Part shown: positions 1 through 10,097 of the stretch, one piece after another
How the letters are laid out: every line of letters starts with the position of its first letter
How positions within the stretch are numbered: the first letter of the stretch is position 1
From: an uncultured delta proteobacterium
Lineage (GTDB): Bacteria; Desulfobacterota; Binatia; UBA9968
Assembly (NCBI GenBank): GCA_963760795.1
Contig: CAVXEP010000031.1
Span: 32,001-96,000 of the forward strand
Direction: 5' to 3'
DNA length: 64,000 nt
Notes under the pieces: generated by a model
What the model was told of the DNA's origin: nothing
Databases searched by the model: none
The model's input: only the letters and a program-made list of their open reading frames with translations
Position numbers and translations under genes: made by a program

Positions 1-1054
1 TCCGAGTTCGGCATGGGCTCGCATAGTTACAACGAAGTGTACGGGACCACCCTCAATCCCTACGATTTGACCAAGAGCGCCGGTGGATCGAGCGGCGGCG
101 CCGGTGCAGCATTGGCGGCGGGTCTGCTGCCGCTAGCCAGCGGCAGCGACCTCGGCGGTTCGCTGCGCAATCCGGCTAACTTCAACAACATCGTCGCGCT
201 GCGCCCGAGTGTCGGACTGGTGCCGTCCGCGCCTGTGGCGCTGCCGTTTCTGGGCTTTACCGTCAAAGGTCCGATGGCGCGATCGGTGGCGGACACGGCA
301 TTCTTGTTAAGCGTCATGGCCGGTGCCGATCCACGCGATCCAGCTTGTTATCCGTCCGACCCGCGAATGTTTGCCGAACCATTGGAGTCGCGACTTCAAA
401 GACGTTCGAATTGCTTGGAGCCCGGATCTCGGCGGCTTGCCGCTCGACCAGCGGGTGCGCGCGGTAATGGCCTCTCAGCGTCAGACATTCGTCGATCTAG
501 GTTGTGCCGTGGAAGACGCCGTGCCGGATCTTGACCGGCGCCGATGAAGTATTTTTGACGCTGCGGGCCTGGCATTACTGGCACACGCTTGGACCGCTGC
601 TTGAACGACATCGAGACCGGATGAAAGCGGAAGCTGTGTGGCAGATTGAATTGGGGCGCAATCTTGACTGGCGACGATATCGCGCGAGTGATGCAGCAAC
701 ATGGTGAGCTCATGCAACGCATGCGCCGCTTTCATGAAAAATATGATTTTCTTATCTGCGCTGTGAACCAGGTGCCGCCCTTCGACGCAACGCTCGACTG
801 GCCCCACGAGATCGACGGCGTGAAGATGGCAACCTATCTCGATTGGATGAAGTCTGCGTACTGGATTACGCTCGACATTCTGTCCGGCGATTTCCGTCCC
901 CGCCGGATTTACTCCGGAAGGTTTGCCCGTGGGCATCCAGATTGTCGGGCGCTACCGCGACGATTTCGGCGTGTTGCAGATTGCCCATGCGTTCGAACAG
1001 GCGACACAGTTTGGCAAAGGCAGACCGGCTATCGATAGCTCTGGAGGAATGTAG
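1..1054 (+). CDS. amidase-signature family enzyme, 5' end outside window, split by several frameshifts
   Basis: GGSSGG and GSDLGGSLRNPA motifs in 13..534. The reading continues through 323..547, 504..707 and 646..~880, then GLPVGIQIVG...AFEQA to TAG at 1052-1054. Confidence 0.85.
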
Positions 1055-1055
1055 G

Positions 1056-2006
1056 ATGATCTATTTCAGCATCATGTTGGTTTTAGGCATTCTCGCAACT
1101 TCAGCTCAGGCGGTGGACAAGATTCGCATCGGCATGCCGGCTGACGCGGGCCACTTCACGCTTTCGCTCGCGCAAAAGCGCGGTTTCCTGCGCGAAGAGG
1201 GCTTCGATGCCGAGATCATCACGATCACCGGGCCGGTGGCGAATGTCGCATTGGCAAGCGGCGACATTGACTATTACACCGGTTTTGGCTCAGCCCTGCG
1301 CGCAATGCTGCAGGGGCAGCTGCCGACCAGGATCGTGGCTTGCTTTCGGCCGGTGGCGCATTTCGTCTTGCTCAGCCGACCGGAGCTAAAAACCGTCAAA
1401 GATCTCAAGGGCAAAACCATTGGCGCAGCGCCGGGCAGCGCGCCTGATTTGGTCGCTCGCTTGATAATAAAACATTTTGGCATGGACCCGGACAAAGATC
1501 TCAAGTTTATCGCTAGTCCCGGCGGCGAGACCGCACTGATGAGGATGAGTCAGGGACAGCTCGATGCCCAGGTGATGCCGGTTCCTTGGGATTATCGCAG
1601 CAGGAAGTTGGGCTTGACCATCCTGGCGCGAGCCGAAGATCTATTTAGCTATCCGATCAGCGGCCTGATCGCTCATAGCCGCAAGATCAAGGAGCGGCCG
1701 GACGAGATTCGCCGGGCGATCAGGGCCGGCATCAAAGCCAACCGCTACATGCGCGCCAATCGCGACGGGACTATCGAGGTCATGATGAGCACCTACCGGC
1801 TCGACAAAGAGACCGCCACCGCGCTCTACGGCTCGCTGCTGAAGGGCTTTAACGACGACGGCAATCTGCCGGAGGACGGACTGCGCCGACTCATCGAGGA
1901 CACCAAGACGGTGACGAAAGTCGATCGCGAAGTCGTCTTGAACGACGTCGCCGATCTGTCAATCCTGCGCGAAGCCCAGCGAGAGCTGGGTATTAAGGCG
2001 AAATAA
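1056..2006 (+). CDS. ABC transporter substrate-binding protein, NitT/TauT/NMT1 type
   Basis: GGAGG RBS then ATG 1056, signal peptide (..SAQA-VDK), DLKGKTIG motif; the ORF-track start at 843 overlaps the amidase. Confidence 0.85.
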   Translation: MIYFSIMLVLGILATSAQAVDKIRIGMPADAGHFTLSLAQKRGFLREEGFDAEIITITGPVANVALASGDIDYYTGFGSALRAMLQGQLPTRIVACFRPVAHFVLLSRPELKTVKDLKGKTIGAAPGSAPDLVARLIIKHFGMDPDKDLKFIASPGGETALMRMSQGQLDAQVMPVPWDYRSRKLGLTILARAEDLFSYPISGLIAHSRKIKERPDEIRRAIRAGIKANRYMRANRDGTIEVMMSTYRLDKETATALYGSLLKGFNDDGNLPEDGLRRLIEDTKTVTKVDREVVLNDVADLSILREAQRELGIKAK

Positions 2007-2050
2007 GCCTGGCAAACAGTGACTCGCCAACTCACTAACGATTCATTCGC

Positions 2051-3055
2051 TTACCTCTGGTACAGCTTGGCCACAAAGCCGCTTTTTTCGATCTCGCGCA
2101 TAATCGTGCCGTCGATGAACTGTTCCGGTTTGGCCACCTTGGCGCGGGGATCTTTTTCCGCCATCCAGGTGAGCTGGGTTTGGATCGCCGCGGGCGAGGG
2201 ATGGGGAATCTGCGGATAGAGTTCCTTGTAGAGCTTGTAAACTTCTTCGAGCGTTTCGCGGTCATCTATCTTCAGATACTTGCTCAGCGCCCGGATTGAC
2301 GGCTCCGGGTTCTGTTTGACCATGTAGATACCTTCGACGATGGCGCGCATGTAGCGGGTGATCACCTCGGGTTGGGCTTTCAGATAGGCGCGGCTGGTGA
2401 TCACTTCGAGTTGCGGGAAGGGGATATCGTACTGGGTGGGGTCGACGAGGATGGTGAAGCCGGCTTTCTTGCCGATATTGAAAAATTCCGGCGTCAACAC
2501 CGTGCAGTCGACGCTGCGCTTGCTTAACGCCGATAGCCGCGTGCTCGTGCCGCCGGTTTGCAGCAGGGTGACATCCTTGTCGGGCGCCAATCCGTAGCGC
2601 TGCAGGATTAACCGCGCCGCGAGATCGGATGCGCTGCCAAAGCGTGACACCGCCAAGCGCTTGCCCTTGAGCTGGTCGATGGTCTTTATTTCTTTTTGCG
2701 CCAGCAGCGCGTAGGGCATGCGGCTTTCGATGCTCGAGATCGACACGATATCGCTGCCCGCCAGATTGCTACTGACTGCAACGGTGCCGCCGCCCATGGC
2801 GATTTGCGTCTCTCCGGCGGTGAGCGCCTGCACCGTGGTGACGCCGCTCTCGATCAAAACGACGTCGACGCTGAGCCCATGCTTCTCGAATATCTTGGCT
2901 TCCTTGGCGAGCCAGTAAGCCGCCATATTAGCCGTAAGCGCGCTGTAGGAAGTCTTGAGGCGGGTAACCTGGGCGTGGGCGTCCACCGAAGCCAGCACGC
3001 TCGCCAAAAGGATCAGGCCGATGGGTCTGATCCGCCGGATCCGGCTGATCTTCAT
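2051..3055 (-). CDS. ABC transporter substrate-binding protein, NitT/TauT type
   Basis: Signal peptide (AHA-Q), FEKHGL, LKGKRLAVSRFGSAS, C-terminal SGFVAKLY. Confidence 0.88.
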   Translation of the reverse strand: MKISRIRRIRPIGLILLASVLASVDAHAQVTRLKTSYSALTANMAAYWLAKEAKIFEKHGLSVDVVLIESGVTTVQALTAGETQIAMGGGTVAVSSNLAGSDIVSISSIESRMPYALLAQKEIKTIDQLKGKRLAVSRFGSASDLAARLILQRYGLAPDKDVTLLQTGGTSTRLSALSKRSVDCTVLTPEFFNIGKKAGFTILVDPTQYDIPFPQLEVITSRAYLKAQPEVITRYMRAIVEGIYMVKQNPEPSIRALSKYLKIDDRETLEEVYKLYKELYPQIPHPSPAAIQTQLTWMAEKDPRAKVAKPEQFIDGTIMREIEKSGFVAKLYQR

Positions 3056-3888
3056 GATGCCTCATCCTCGCTCATTAGAAATTCCGTCAGCGCGCGGTTA
3101 AACTCTTCAGTCTCTTCAATCTGCGGTTCATGGGCCGAATGTTTGAAGCGATAAACCTTGGAGCCGGGAACGATTTTTTGAAAATTGACATCCCAATCGC
3201 TCTGGTTGAGCGGATCATGTTCGCAGGACATGAGCAGCAGCGGGATGGTCAGCTGCGACAGTTGCTTGACAAACTCATCGGTGGTCGAGCGCACTTGATG
3301 CGCCGGGCTGCGCAAGCGCGCCGCTGAAAGCGTTTCCCAGGCGCCCGGCAGGATCGAGCTCTCGTAACGCTCGCGAATGTTGTCATCGCTCTGCCATTTT
3401 GCATCGTGATAGAGCAGCGCAATAAGCTTTTTCATGTTCTCCAATGACGGCGTATAGTTTTCCAGGTCGGCTTGAGAGTTGGTCTTGAACACGCTGGCGT
3501 TGCCGCAGATGGTGACCATCTTACGGATCTGCAGCGGCGCCGGTTGGCGCACGGATGCGCGCAAGACCAAGCCGCCGCCGGCGGAATTGCCGACGAAGAA
3601 CGCCTTGGCGATGCCCAATGATTCGAGAAAACGCTGGAGGTGCTTGATGCGCAGGCCGGCGGGATCGCTAAAGCTGTAAAGTTTGTCGGTTTGTCCCCAG
3701 CCCAAGGTGTCCGGTGCGACAACGTGAAAAGTCTTTGCCAGTGCGTCGATGTTATAGCGCCAGGTTATCTCTGCCGACGCGCCGTACTCGCCGCCATGAA
3801 GTAACACCAGATCGGGGCCGCTGCCGCCTTCGAGGAAATGAGTCTTGATGTCGCCGACGACAATGGTCCGGTGCTGATAAGCGGCCAT
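3052..3888 (-). CDS. alpha/beta hydrolase, similar to meta-cleavage-product hydrolases
   Basis: LLHGG oxyanion motif, GNSAGG nucleophile elbow, C-terminal AHEPQIE. Confidence 0.85.
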   Translation of the reverse strand: MAAYQHRTIVVGDIKTHFLEGGSGPDLVLLHGGEYGASAEITWRYNIDALAKTFHVVAPDTLGWGQTDKLYSFSDPAGLRIKHLQRFLESLGIAKAFFVGNSAGGGLVLRASVRQPAPLQIRKMVTICGNASVFKTNSQADLENYTPSLENMKKLIALLYHDAKWQSDDNIRERYESSILPGAWETLSAARLRSPAHQVRSTTDEFVKQLSQLTIPLLLMSCEHDPLNQSDWDVNFQKIVPGSKVYRFKHSAHEPQIEETEEFNRALTEFLMSEDEAS

Positions 3889-4010
3889 CGATCTAGTTCC
3901 TTAAATAATTGCCCGTGGGAGCCAAGCGTCGGCAGGGCAAACCCGGGGGTTGCGCGTACAATTCCGATTCCTCTTTGCGTTCTTTGCGGCCAACCGTCTC
4001 TTTCCCTAAA

Positions 4011-4781
4011 TTACAGAAAACAAACCCCGCCGTCGACGGCGACGGTCTGGCCGGTCATGAAATCGCTCAGCGGGGAAGCGAGAAACAGCATAGTGCCGAC
4101 GAGATCTTTCGGTAGCTGGACGCGCTTGAGTGCACGGTCGGACAATCTTGCGCCGCGCATTTTGAGAACTTCTTCGGTGGGGTTCTCTTCGGACAAGGTC
4201 GAGCCGGGGGCGATGGCGTTGACGTTGATGTTATCTTCGCCGACTTCGCGGGCTAAAGTGCGGGTGAAGCCGATGACGCCAGCCTTGGAAGTGACGTAGT
4301 GAATCCGCCCGGCGCTGCCATTGAGCGCCGTGCCGGAAGAGATATTGATGATCTTGCCCGACTTTTGTTGGCGCATGGTTGGCAGCACTGCACGAGAACA
4401 AAAAAATAAACCCTTGAGATTGACCGTCATCATGCGGTCCCACTCCGCCGGATCGATGGTGTCGATACCGCCGCGGTTCATCGGAATCGTCGAAAATATC
4501 GCCGCGTTGTTGACCAGCACGTCGATCCGGCTGAATTTATCCAACGTCAGTTTGGCCATATCTTTGGTCGACTGCTCGTTGGCGACGTCGACTTTCGCCG
4601 CCAGCGCTTTGCCATCGAATTGCTGGACCACCTCGCCGGCGACTTTTTCCGCCGCCGGCGCGTCGATGTCCGCGACTATTACCTTCGCCCCCGCTTCAGC
4701 GAAACCGTGACAATAAGCCCGGCCGATGCCGTGGCCGCCGCCGGTGACGATAACCACTTTGTCTTTTAGTCCTTGAATCAT
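4011..4781 (-). CDS. SDR family oxidoreductase
   Basis: TGGGHGIG, NNAA, YVTSK. Confidence 0.92.
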   Translation of the reverse strand: MIQGLKDKVVIVTGGGHGIGRAYCHGFAEAGAKVIVADIDAPAAEKVAGEVVQQFDGKALAAKVDVANEQSTKDMAKLTLDKFSRIDVLVNNAAIFSTIPMNRGGIDTIDPAEWDRMMTVNLKGLFFCSRAVLPTMRQQKSGKIINISSGTALNGSAGRIHYVTSKAGVIGFTRTLAREVGEDNINVNAIAPGSTLSEENPTEEVLKMRGARLSDRALKRVQLPKDLVGTMLFLASPLSDFMTGQTVAVDGGVCFL

Positions 4782-4905
4782 AAAATAGCTCCATTAATTT
4801 GCTTTGCCGTCAAAATAGCCTTAGATGTTTTTAACTGTCAAGGCGAGTTATTGCGTCTAACGAAAAAAGCGGGGATTATGCGTCAGCAAAAAGGCGGTCG
4901 TTTGA

Positions 4906-5628
4906 ATGAGAACGTGGTTCAGTCTTAAAGCGGTTGCGCTCGTGCTTAGCATTTTAGTCAATTGCGGCTTGGTTGGTGCCGCGGCGCAAACGCCCGTGAA
5001 TCCCGACACATTGCCGATGTTCGGCCAGCCGAAGGTAGTCCGATCGGACAGCCAGAAGCAAGCCGATGAAGCGTTTATGCGCGACAACACGCTGCGCTAT
5101 AAAACTCGTCAAGCCGCTAGCAGTGCTTTCGTTTCCCAAGGTTGGAGTGCGGTGCGAGCGAAGCAGCTCGATGCGGCGATGCTGCGCTTCAATCATGCCT
5201 GGCTGCTCAATCCCAAAAACTACAGCGCCTTCTGGGGCTTCGGTGCGGTATTGAGCGAGCGCGGCAAGTTGATGGAAGCGATCGAGCAGTTAGAGACGGC
5301 GCGGGAACTGATCGACGACCCGACGCAGAGACCGGCGTTGCTCGCCGATCTCGGCAATGTCCACTCTGAATACGCTGCTCGCCTCGGCACCGACAAGCAG
5401 TTGGAGCGGGCTCATCATTTCGTTGTGGCCAATAGCCGCTTTACCGAAAGCCTGGAGAACGATCCCAAGTTCGCCTCGGGTTGGCGCGAGTGGGCAATCT
5501 CGTTATACGAGCAGGAGCGCTACTCGGAAGCGTGGATCAAAGCCAAGCGTGCCCGCGAACTCAAGGCCGAGCCGTTTTCTCCGGAGTTTTTGAAAAAACT
5601 CTCGGCCAAGATGCCGGAACCTAAATAA
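4906..5628 (+). CDS. exported tetratricopeptide-repeat protein
   Basis: Signal peptide, RFNHAWLLNP..AFWGFG TPR-like helices. Confidence 0.7.
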   Translation: MRTWFSLKAVALVLSILVNCGLVGAAAQTPVNPDTLPMFGQPKVVRSDSQKQADEAFMRDNTLRYKTRQAASSAFVSQGWSAVRAKQLDAAMLRFNHAWLLNPKNYSAFWGFGAVLSERGKLMEAIEQLETARELIDDPTQRPALLADLGNVHSEYAARLGTDKQLERAHHFVVANSRFTESLENDPKFASGWREWAISLYEQERYSEAWIKAKRARELKAEPFSPEFLKKLSAKMPEPK

Positions 5629-5649
5629 CTCTAGCGAAGTAGCCATCGC

Positions 5650-6492
5650 ATGTCGCGCTTCACCATCGCGCAGACCATCGAGCAGCTTGATCCGGAGAAG
5701 GATAACCAACGGATTGTTTTTCTCTCATCGCGCTATGACTTTCCCTTCGATACCACTCGAGCGCTGGAGTTCGCCTTGTTTCGGACGTTTTGCGTGCCGA
5801 GCATATCCGCCTTGCTGGAGCGCACCGGCGAATTTGTGCAGCGGCCGCAAAAACGCTACGACGACACCGACATCATCGTCAGCGAGTTGATGGAATGGGG
5901 TTATGACGGCGAGCGGGGGCAGAGGGCGCTGCGCCGCTTGAATCAGCTCCACGGCAGGTTTGCCATTGCCAACGAGGATTTTCTTTACGTATTATCGACG
6001 TTTATTTATGAACCGATTCGTTGGAACCAGCGCTTCGGTTGGCGCGCCATGAGCGAGGTGGAACGACGCGGCTATTTTTATTTTTGGCGCGAAGTCGGCC
6101 AGCGCATGAATATAAAAGACATTCCGCTGGACTATGCCCGCTTTGAGCAGTTCAATCTAGACTACGAGGCGCGCCATTGCCGTTACAGCGAGGCGAATCA
6201 ACGTGTCGGAAGCGCGACCAGAGAATTGATGGTGAGTTGGTTTCCGCGATTCTTGGCGCCGCTGGTCAGATTGGCAATCTATTCATTGCTCGATCCCCGC
6301 GCGCTCGCCGCCTTTGGCTTTCCGCAGCCGGCCGGCGCGGTGCGTTGGTTAATGATCAGGGCGTTGAGGCTGCGCGGCTGGTTCGCTAGTTATTTTCCCG
6401 GACGCCTGCGTCCGCGCTTGAGAACTGAGATGGTTCATCGTAGCTACCCCGCCGGATACCGGATCGAAGATGTGGGTCCGCCGAGAAAGTAG
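5650..6492 (+). CDS. MpaB/DUF2236 family oxygenase-like protein
   Basis: KRYDDT, LNQLH, NEDFLYVLSTF motifs. Confidence 0.75.
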   Translation: MSRFTIAQTIEQLDPEKDNQRIVFLSSRYDFPFDTTRALEFALFRTFCVPSISALLERTGEFVQRPQKRYDDTDIIVSELMEWGYDGERGQRALRRLNQLHGRFAIANEDFLYVLSTFIYEPIRWNQRFGWRAMSEVERRGYFYFWREVGQRMNIKDIPLDYARFEQFNLDYEARHCRYSEANQRVGSATRELMVSWFPRFLAPLVRLAIYSLLDPRALAAFGFPQPAGAVRWLMIRALRLRGWFASYFPGRLRPRLRTEMVHRSYPAGYRIEDVGPPRK

Positions 6493-6500
6493 CGGCGCAC

Positions 6501-7400
6501 ATGTTGAAGCGGTGGGCCCGAGGGGAGACAAAGTCAATGGCCATGTTTCGACGGTTGGCATATCTCCACCGACCCGGCCGGCGTGGCGTGGTTCTCACTG
6601 TGGCGATATGGCTCTGGGCGATCGACTGTTCGGCGCAATCTAGCAGGGATAAGGAGCAACTATTGACGTTTTGGGCCGGTACTCTGCCGATCATTCTCGC
6701 GGCGCCCCATGGTGGCCGTGAGCCGATCCCTGGTATCGCCCCGCGCCGGGGTATCGGCGTGTCGCAATTCGTCGCTGAGCGCGACAGCAATACCGCCGAA
6801 CTGGCTGAAGCCGTCGCGCTTAAGCTGCGGGAACGATTGGGCGCAACGCCGTTTCTCGTCATCGCCCGTTTTGAACGCAAATTTATCGACGCCAACCGCG
6901 AGCCGGCGGCGGCCTATGAAATGCCCCAAGCCAAACTCCATTACGATGCCTACCACCGAGCTATTGGCGATGCGGTCGAGGCGATCCGCCAGAAGTGGGG
7001 CAGCGGTCTGTTGCTCGACATTCACGCCCAACGGGCGCAGGCGGACACGATTTTCCGCGGTACCGATAACGGCAGGAGTGTAAGCCAATTACAAAGGCAA
7101 TTTGGCCAAGCTGCACTGTCAGGACCGAATAGCGTTCTCGGCCATCTGGCTGCGAACGGTTATAAAATCCTGCCGAATTTGACCGGCCAAGATCGAGAGA
7201 CTCGTTACACCGGCGGTTATACGACCCGTACCTACGGCAGCCATCGAGGGACAAAGATCGACGCCATCCAGTTGGAACTGGGTAGCGATCTGCGCGCCAA
7301 GGCAAACCTGGAGCGCACCGCCAACGATTTTGCCCTTGCCGTCGCAGTGTTCGCCCGCGAGTATCTGCTCCGCAGCGACGGATTCGATCCACCACGTTGA
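6501..7400 (+). CDS. N-formylglutamate amidohydrolase-like protein, probably exported
   Basis: APHGG, DANR, LLDIH, GGYTT, AIQLE motifs; start uncertain. Confidence 0.7.
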   Translation: MLKRWARGETKSMAMFRRLAYLHRPGRRGVVLTVAIWLWAIDCSAQSSRDKEQLLTFWAGTLPIILAAPHGGREPIPGIAPRRGIGVSQFVAERDSNTAELAEAVALKLRERLGATPFLVIARFERKFIDANREPAAAYEMPQAKLHYDAYHRAIGDAVEAIRQKWGSGLLLDIHAQRAQADTIFRGTDNGRSVSQLQRQFGQAALSGPNSVLGHLAANGYKILPNLTGQDRETRYTGGYTTRTYGSHRGTKIDAIQLELGSDLRAKANLERTANDFALAVAVFAREYLLRSDGFDPPR

Positions 7401-7493
7401 GGCGGAAAAGCTGATTTACGCCGCAAGCCTCATCAGCGCCCGTTGGCTTAGCGATAGTTCGTGAAATCTGTCGATTCCGCCGAGTTGGCCACC

Positions 7494-8327
7494 CTACACC
7501 GCGATAGTTTGTCCACCGTCGACAACCAGAGCATGACCGGTAACGAAGGTTGCTTCATCGGAAACTAGGAAGAGCACGCCGTAGGCGATCTCTTCCGGGC
7601 GGCCCATGCGGAGCAGGGCTTTGTTGCTGGCGCTCATCCGCTTTCTTTGCTCGTCGGTGGTGCCTTCACCGAGCGTCGGTCTGGGCGGAAAACCTCTGAA
7701 GCGCGGCGTCTCGATGGCGCCGGGACAGACGCAGTTGACGCGTATCCCAAGCGGGCCGTAGTCGATGGCCATCTCACGGGTGAGATTGACGATCGCGGCT
7801 TTGGTGGCGCAGTAGCCGGGATATTCCGCCGAGGCGAGCAGACCAAAGGTCGACGCGGTTGTCACCATGTTGCCGCTGCCTTGTTTGATGAAAGCTGGCA
7901 TCACCGCCTTGGCGCCGCGGTACATGGCATTCAAGTTGGTGTTCAGGACAAAGTTCCATTCCTCGTCGGTATGCTCATGGATTTTTTTGCGAATGCCGGC
8001 ACCGGCATTGTTATAAAGGATATCGATCTTGCCAAAGGTATCGACCGCGGTCTTCACGGCGCGGTCCAAGTCTTCCTGCTTGGTGACATCGCAATGGGCA
8101 AACACCGCGTCTCCGCCTTCTTTCTCCTTGATCAAGGTGTCGATGCGCGGCGAAATGGTTTCTTGGATATCGCAGCATACGACTTTCGCGCCCTCGCGAG
8201 CGAACAGCCGTGAGGTGGCGCGGCCGATACCGCTGTTGGCTCCAGTAATAATCGCAACTTTACCTTTGAGCCGTCCCAGTCCGGGACGTAGCATATCGTG
8301 TTCGTCTTTGAGAATAATTTCCGCCAT
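7494..8327 (-). CDS. SDR family oxidoreductase
   Basis: TGANSGIG, NNAG, YCATK. Confidence 0.92.
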   Translation of the reverse strand: MAEIILKDEHDMLRPGLGRLKGKVAIITGANSGIGRATSRLFAREGAKVVCCDIQETISPRIDTLIKEKEGGDAVFAHCDVTKQEDLDRAVKTAVDTFGKIDILYNNAGAGIRKKIHEHTDEEWNFVLNTNLNAMYRGAKAVMPAFIKQGSGNMVTTASTFGLLASAEYPGYCATKAAIVNLTREMAIDYGPLGIRVNCVCPGAIETPRFRGFPPRPTLGEGTTDEQRKRMSASNKALLRMGRPEEIAYGVLFLVSDEATFVTGHALVVDGGQTIAV

Positions 8328-8422
8328 TGCTTGTGCCTCCTGGATTTTAATGTGAAGTTCTTCGCTTCACTTATCCCAGTGCGGCGCGGGATTTCAACCG
8401 TGGGGGGAACGAATCGATGATG

Positions 8423-8915
8423 GAGGATCGATGATTGAGGATGGACTTTCAGAGTAGTATAGGGACGATTGCGAGCTGGAGGGTTTATGGCAAGTATTCG
8501 AAGCTTCCGTGACTTGGACGTCTATACGCAAGCGCGCCAGCAGGCAAAGAACGTCTTTGTGATATCAAAGCGATTCCCAAGGGAAGAGAGATATTCTCTG
8601 ACCGACCAAATTCGGCGATCGTCTCGGGCTGTCAACGCGATGATCGCGGAAGCTTGGGCACGGCGAGTCTACCCAGCGGCGTTCGTGAACAAGATCGATG
8701 AAGCTCTGGGGGAGGCGATGGAAACCCAGGCATGGCTGGATCATGCTCTTGACTGCGGTTACCTCGATGGAAAAGAGCATGAAGCGCTTGACGACGCTTG
8801 GCAGCGCATTGGCGCGATGTTAAATCGGATGATCCAACGCGCAGATGATTTCTGTAAAACGGCCAGTCGTCAATAGCAATCCGGCCCCATTCTCTATCCT
8901 CAATCATCCATCCTC
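8423..8915. repeat. 20-bp inverted repeats flanking the four-helix-bundle gene
   Basis: 8423-8442 gaggatcgatgattgaggat and 8896-8915 atcctcaatcatccatcctc are complementary at 19/20 positions. Confidence 0.8.
8487..8876 (+). CDS. four helix bundle protein (23S rRNA intervening-sequence protein family)
   Basis: SFRDLDVY, FPREERYSLTDQIRRSSRAV..IAEAW signature. Confidence 0.9.
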   Translation: MASIRSFRDLDVYTQARQQAKNVFVISKRFPREERYSLTDQIRRSSRAVNAMIAEAWARRVYPAAFVNKIDEALGEAMETQAWLDHALDCGYLDGKEHEALDDAWQRIGAMLNRMIQRADDFCKTASRQ

Positions 8916-8927
8916 GACCCGCATCCC

Positions 8928-9914
8928 TCATCTACGGTACAGCTGCTTGATAAATCCCGACTTCTCCAGTTCAGCGACCAGGCTCATGTCGACAAAGGTT
9001 TTCGCGTCGGCGCTTGCCGCTTTGGGGTTTTTTAGCGCGAGGTCGTCGAGCATGGTTTTAACACCATCCGGCGTCGGGTAGGGGACTTCGGGAAAAGCAT
9101 TCGAATAGGCGATGTAGGCTCGCTCCAGTCCCTCGGCATCGCCGATGCCGAGATTTTTCTTGAATAGTCCCTTGGCGTATTCTTTCTCGGTTTTAATGAT
9201 GTGAATCGCTTCGACCATGGCGCGCGTGAGTTTCTGCATCAAGGGCCGTTTGGTTCGGACAATCGCTTCGCGCGTGAGGATGCCGTTCCACCAGAAGGGA
9301 ATTTTTAAGTCGGTGATATTGTATAGATTGCGAAAACCGAGCTTCTCGGCTTGGGTCAAAAAAGGTTCCGGCATGATCGTGAATTGCGTCAGCCCCTTAG
9401 CCAGCGCGGCGAACCGTTCAGCGCCGCCCCCGGCGGGAATGATCTGCACGTCCTTTTCGGGATCGATGCCGAGCTTGCGCAGGGCCAGGCGCAAGCCCAA
9501 GTCCGAGGTGCTGCCGAGTCGGTTCACGCCCCCGGTTTGGCCCTTCAGCTGTTCGATACGGGTGATTTTAGCGACGGAAACGATATGATCGACGAAGGTC
9601 GGCACGACACCGACGATCATCACCGCGTCGGCGCCGGCGAGACGCGAGCTGGTTAGAGTCGTGACCGAAATACTGGCGGCGTCGATTTCGTTCGCGAGAA
9701 GCGCTTGTAGCACCGTTGGGCTCGCGCTGATCGCGATAATCTCCGGCGTGACGCCTTGTTTCTGCATGAGCTTGCGGTCTTCGATCACCCAGATCGGGCT
9801 GTTGGTCGGACTGAAGCCGGCCCATGCCAAACGCAATTTCTCCTGGGCGACGGCAAACGGCGATTGCCCAGCCATGACCAGAATGACGGCGAGGGTATAG
9901 ATTATTTTTATCAT
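8928..9914 (-). CDS. ABC transporter substrate-binding protein, NitT/TauT type
   Basis: Start MIKIIY after an AGGA-like RBS, signal peptide, LKGQTGGVNRLGSTSD, SGFIKQLY. Confidence 0.85.
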   Translation of the reverse strand: MIKIIYTLAVILVMAGQSPFAVAQEKLRLAWAGFSPTNSPIWVIEDRKLMQKQGVTPEIIAISASPTVLQALLANEIDAASISVTTLTSSRLAGADAVMIVGVVPTFVDHIVSVAKITRIEQLKGQTGGVNRLGSTSDLGLRLALRKLGIDPEKDVQIIPAGGGAERFAALAKGLTQFTIMPEPFLTQAEKLGFRNLYNITDLKIPFWWNGILTREAIVRTKRPLMQKLTRAMVEAIHIIKTEKEYAKGLFKKNLGIGDAEGLERAYIAYSNAFPEVPYPTPDGVKTMLDDLALKNPKAASADAKTFVDMSLVAELEKSGFIKQLYRR

Positions 9915-10097
9915 CACAGCTTCCTCCTGAACGATTAGACGGCAGAAGTTATCCCTTACTCGCCTCGAGATCAACAAAAAGGTCCAGCCTAGGAATAATA
10001 CTAATCCCATAGGCCCGATCCCCGGGGAAGCCATTACGTTGACTCGATATATCAATTGGTATACCTAGGAGCGGGCTTCAAAAGGAGGCGCAAGTTT

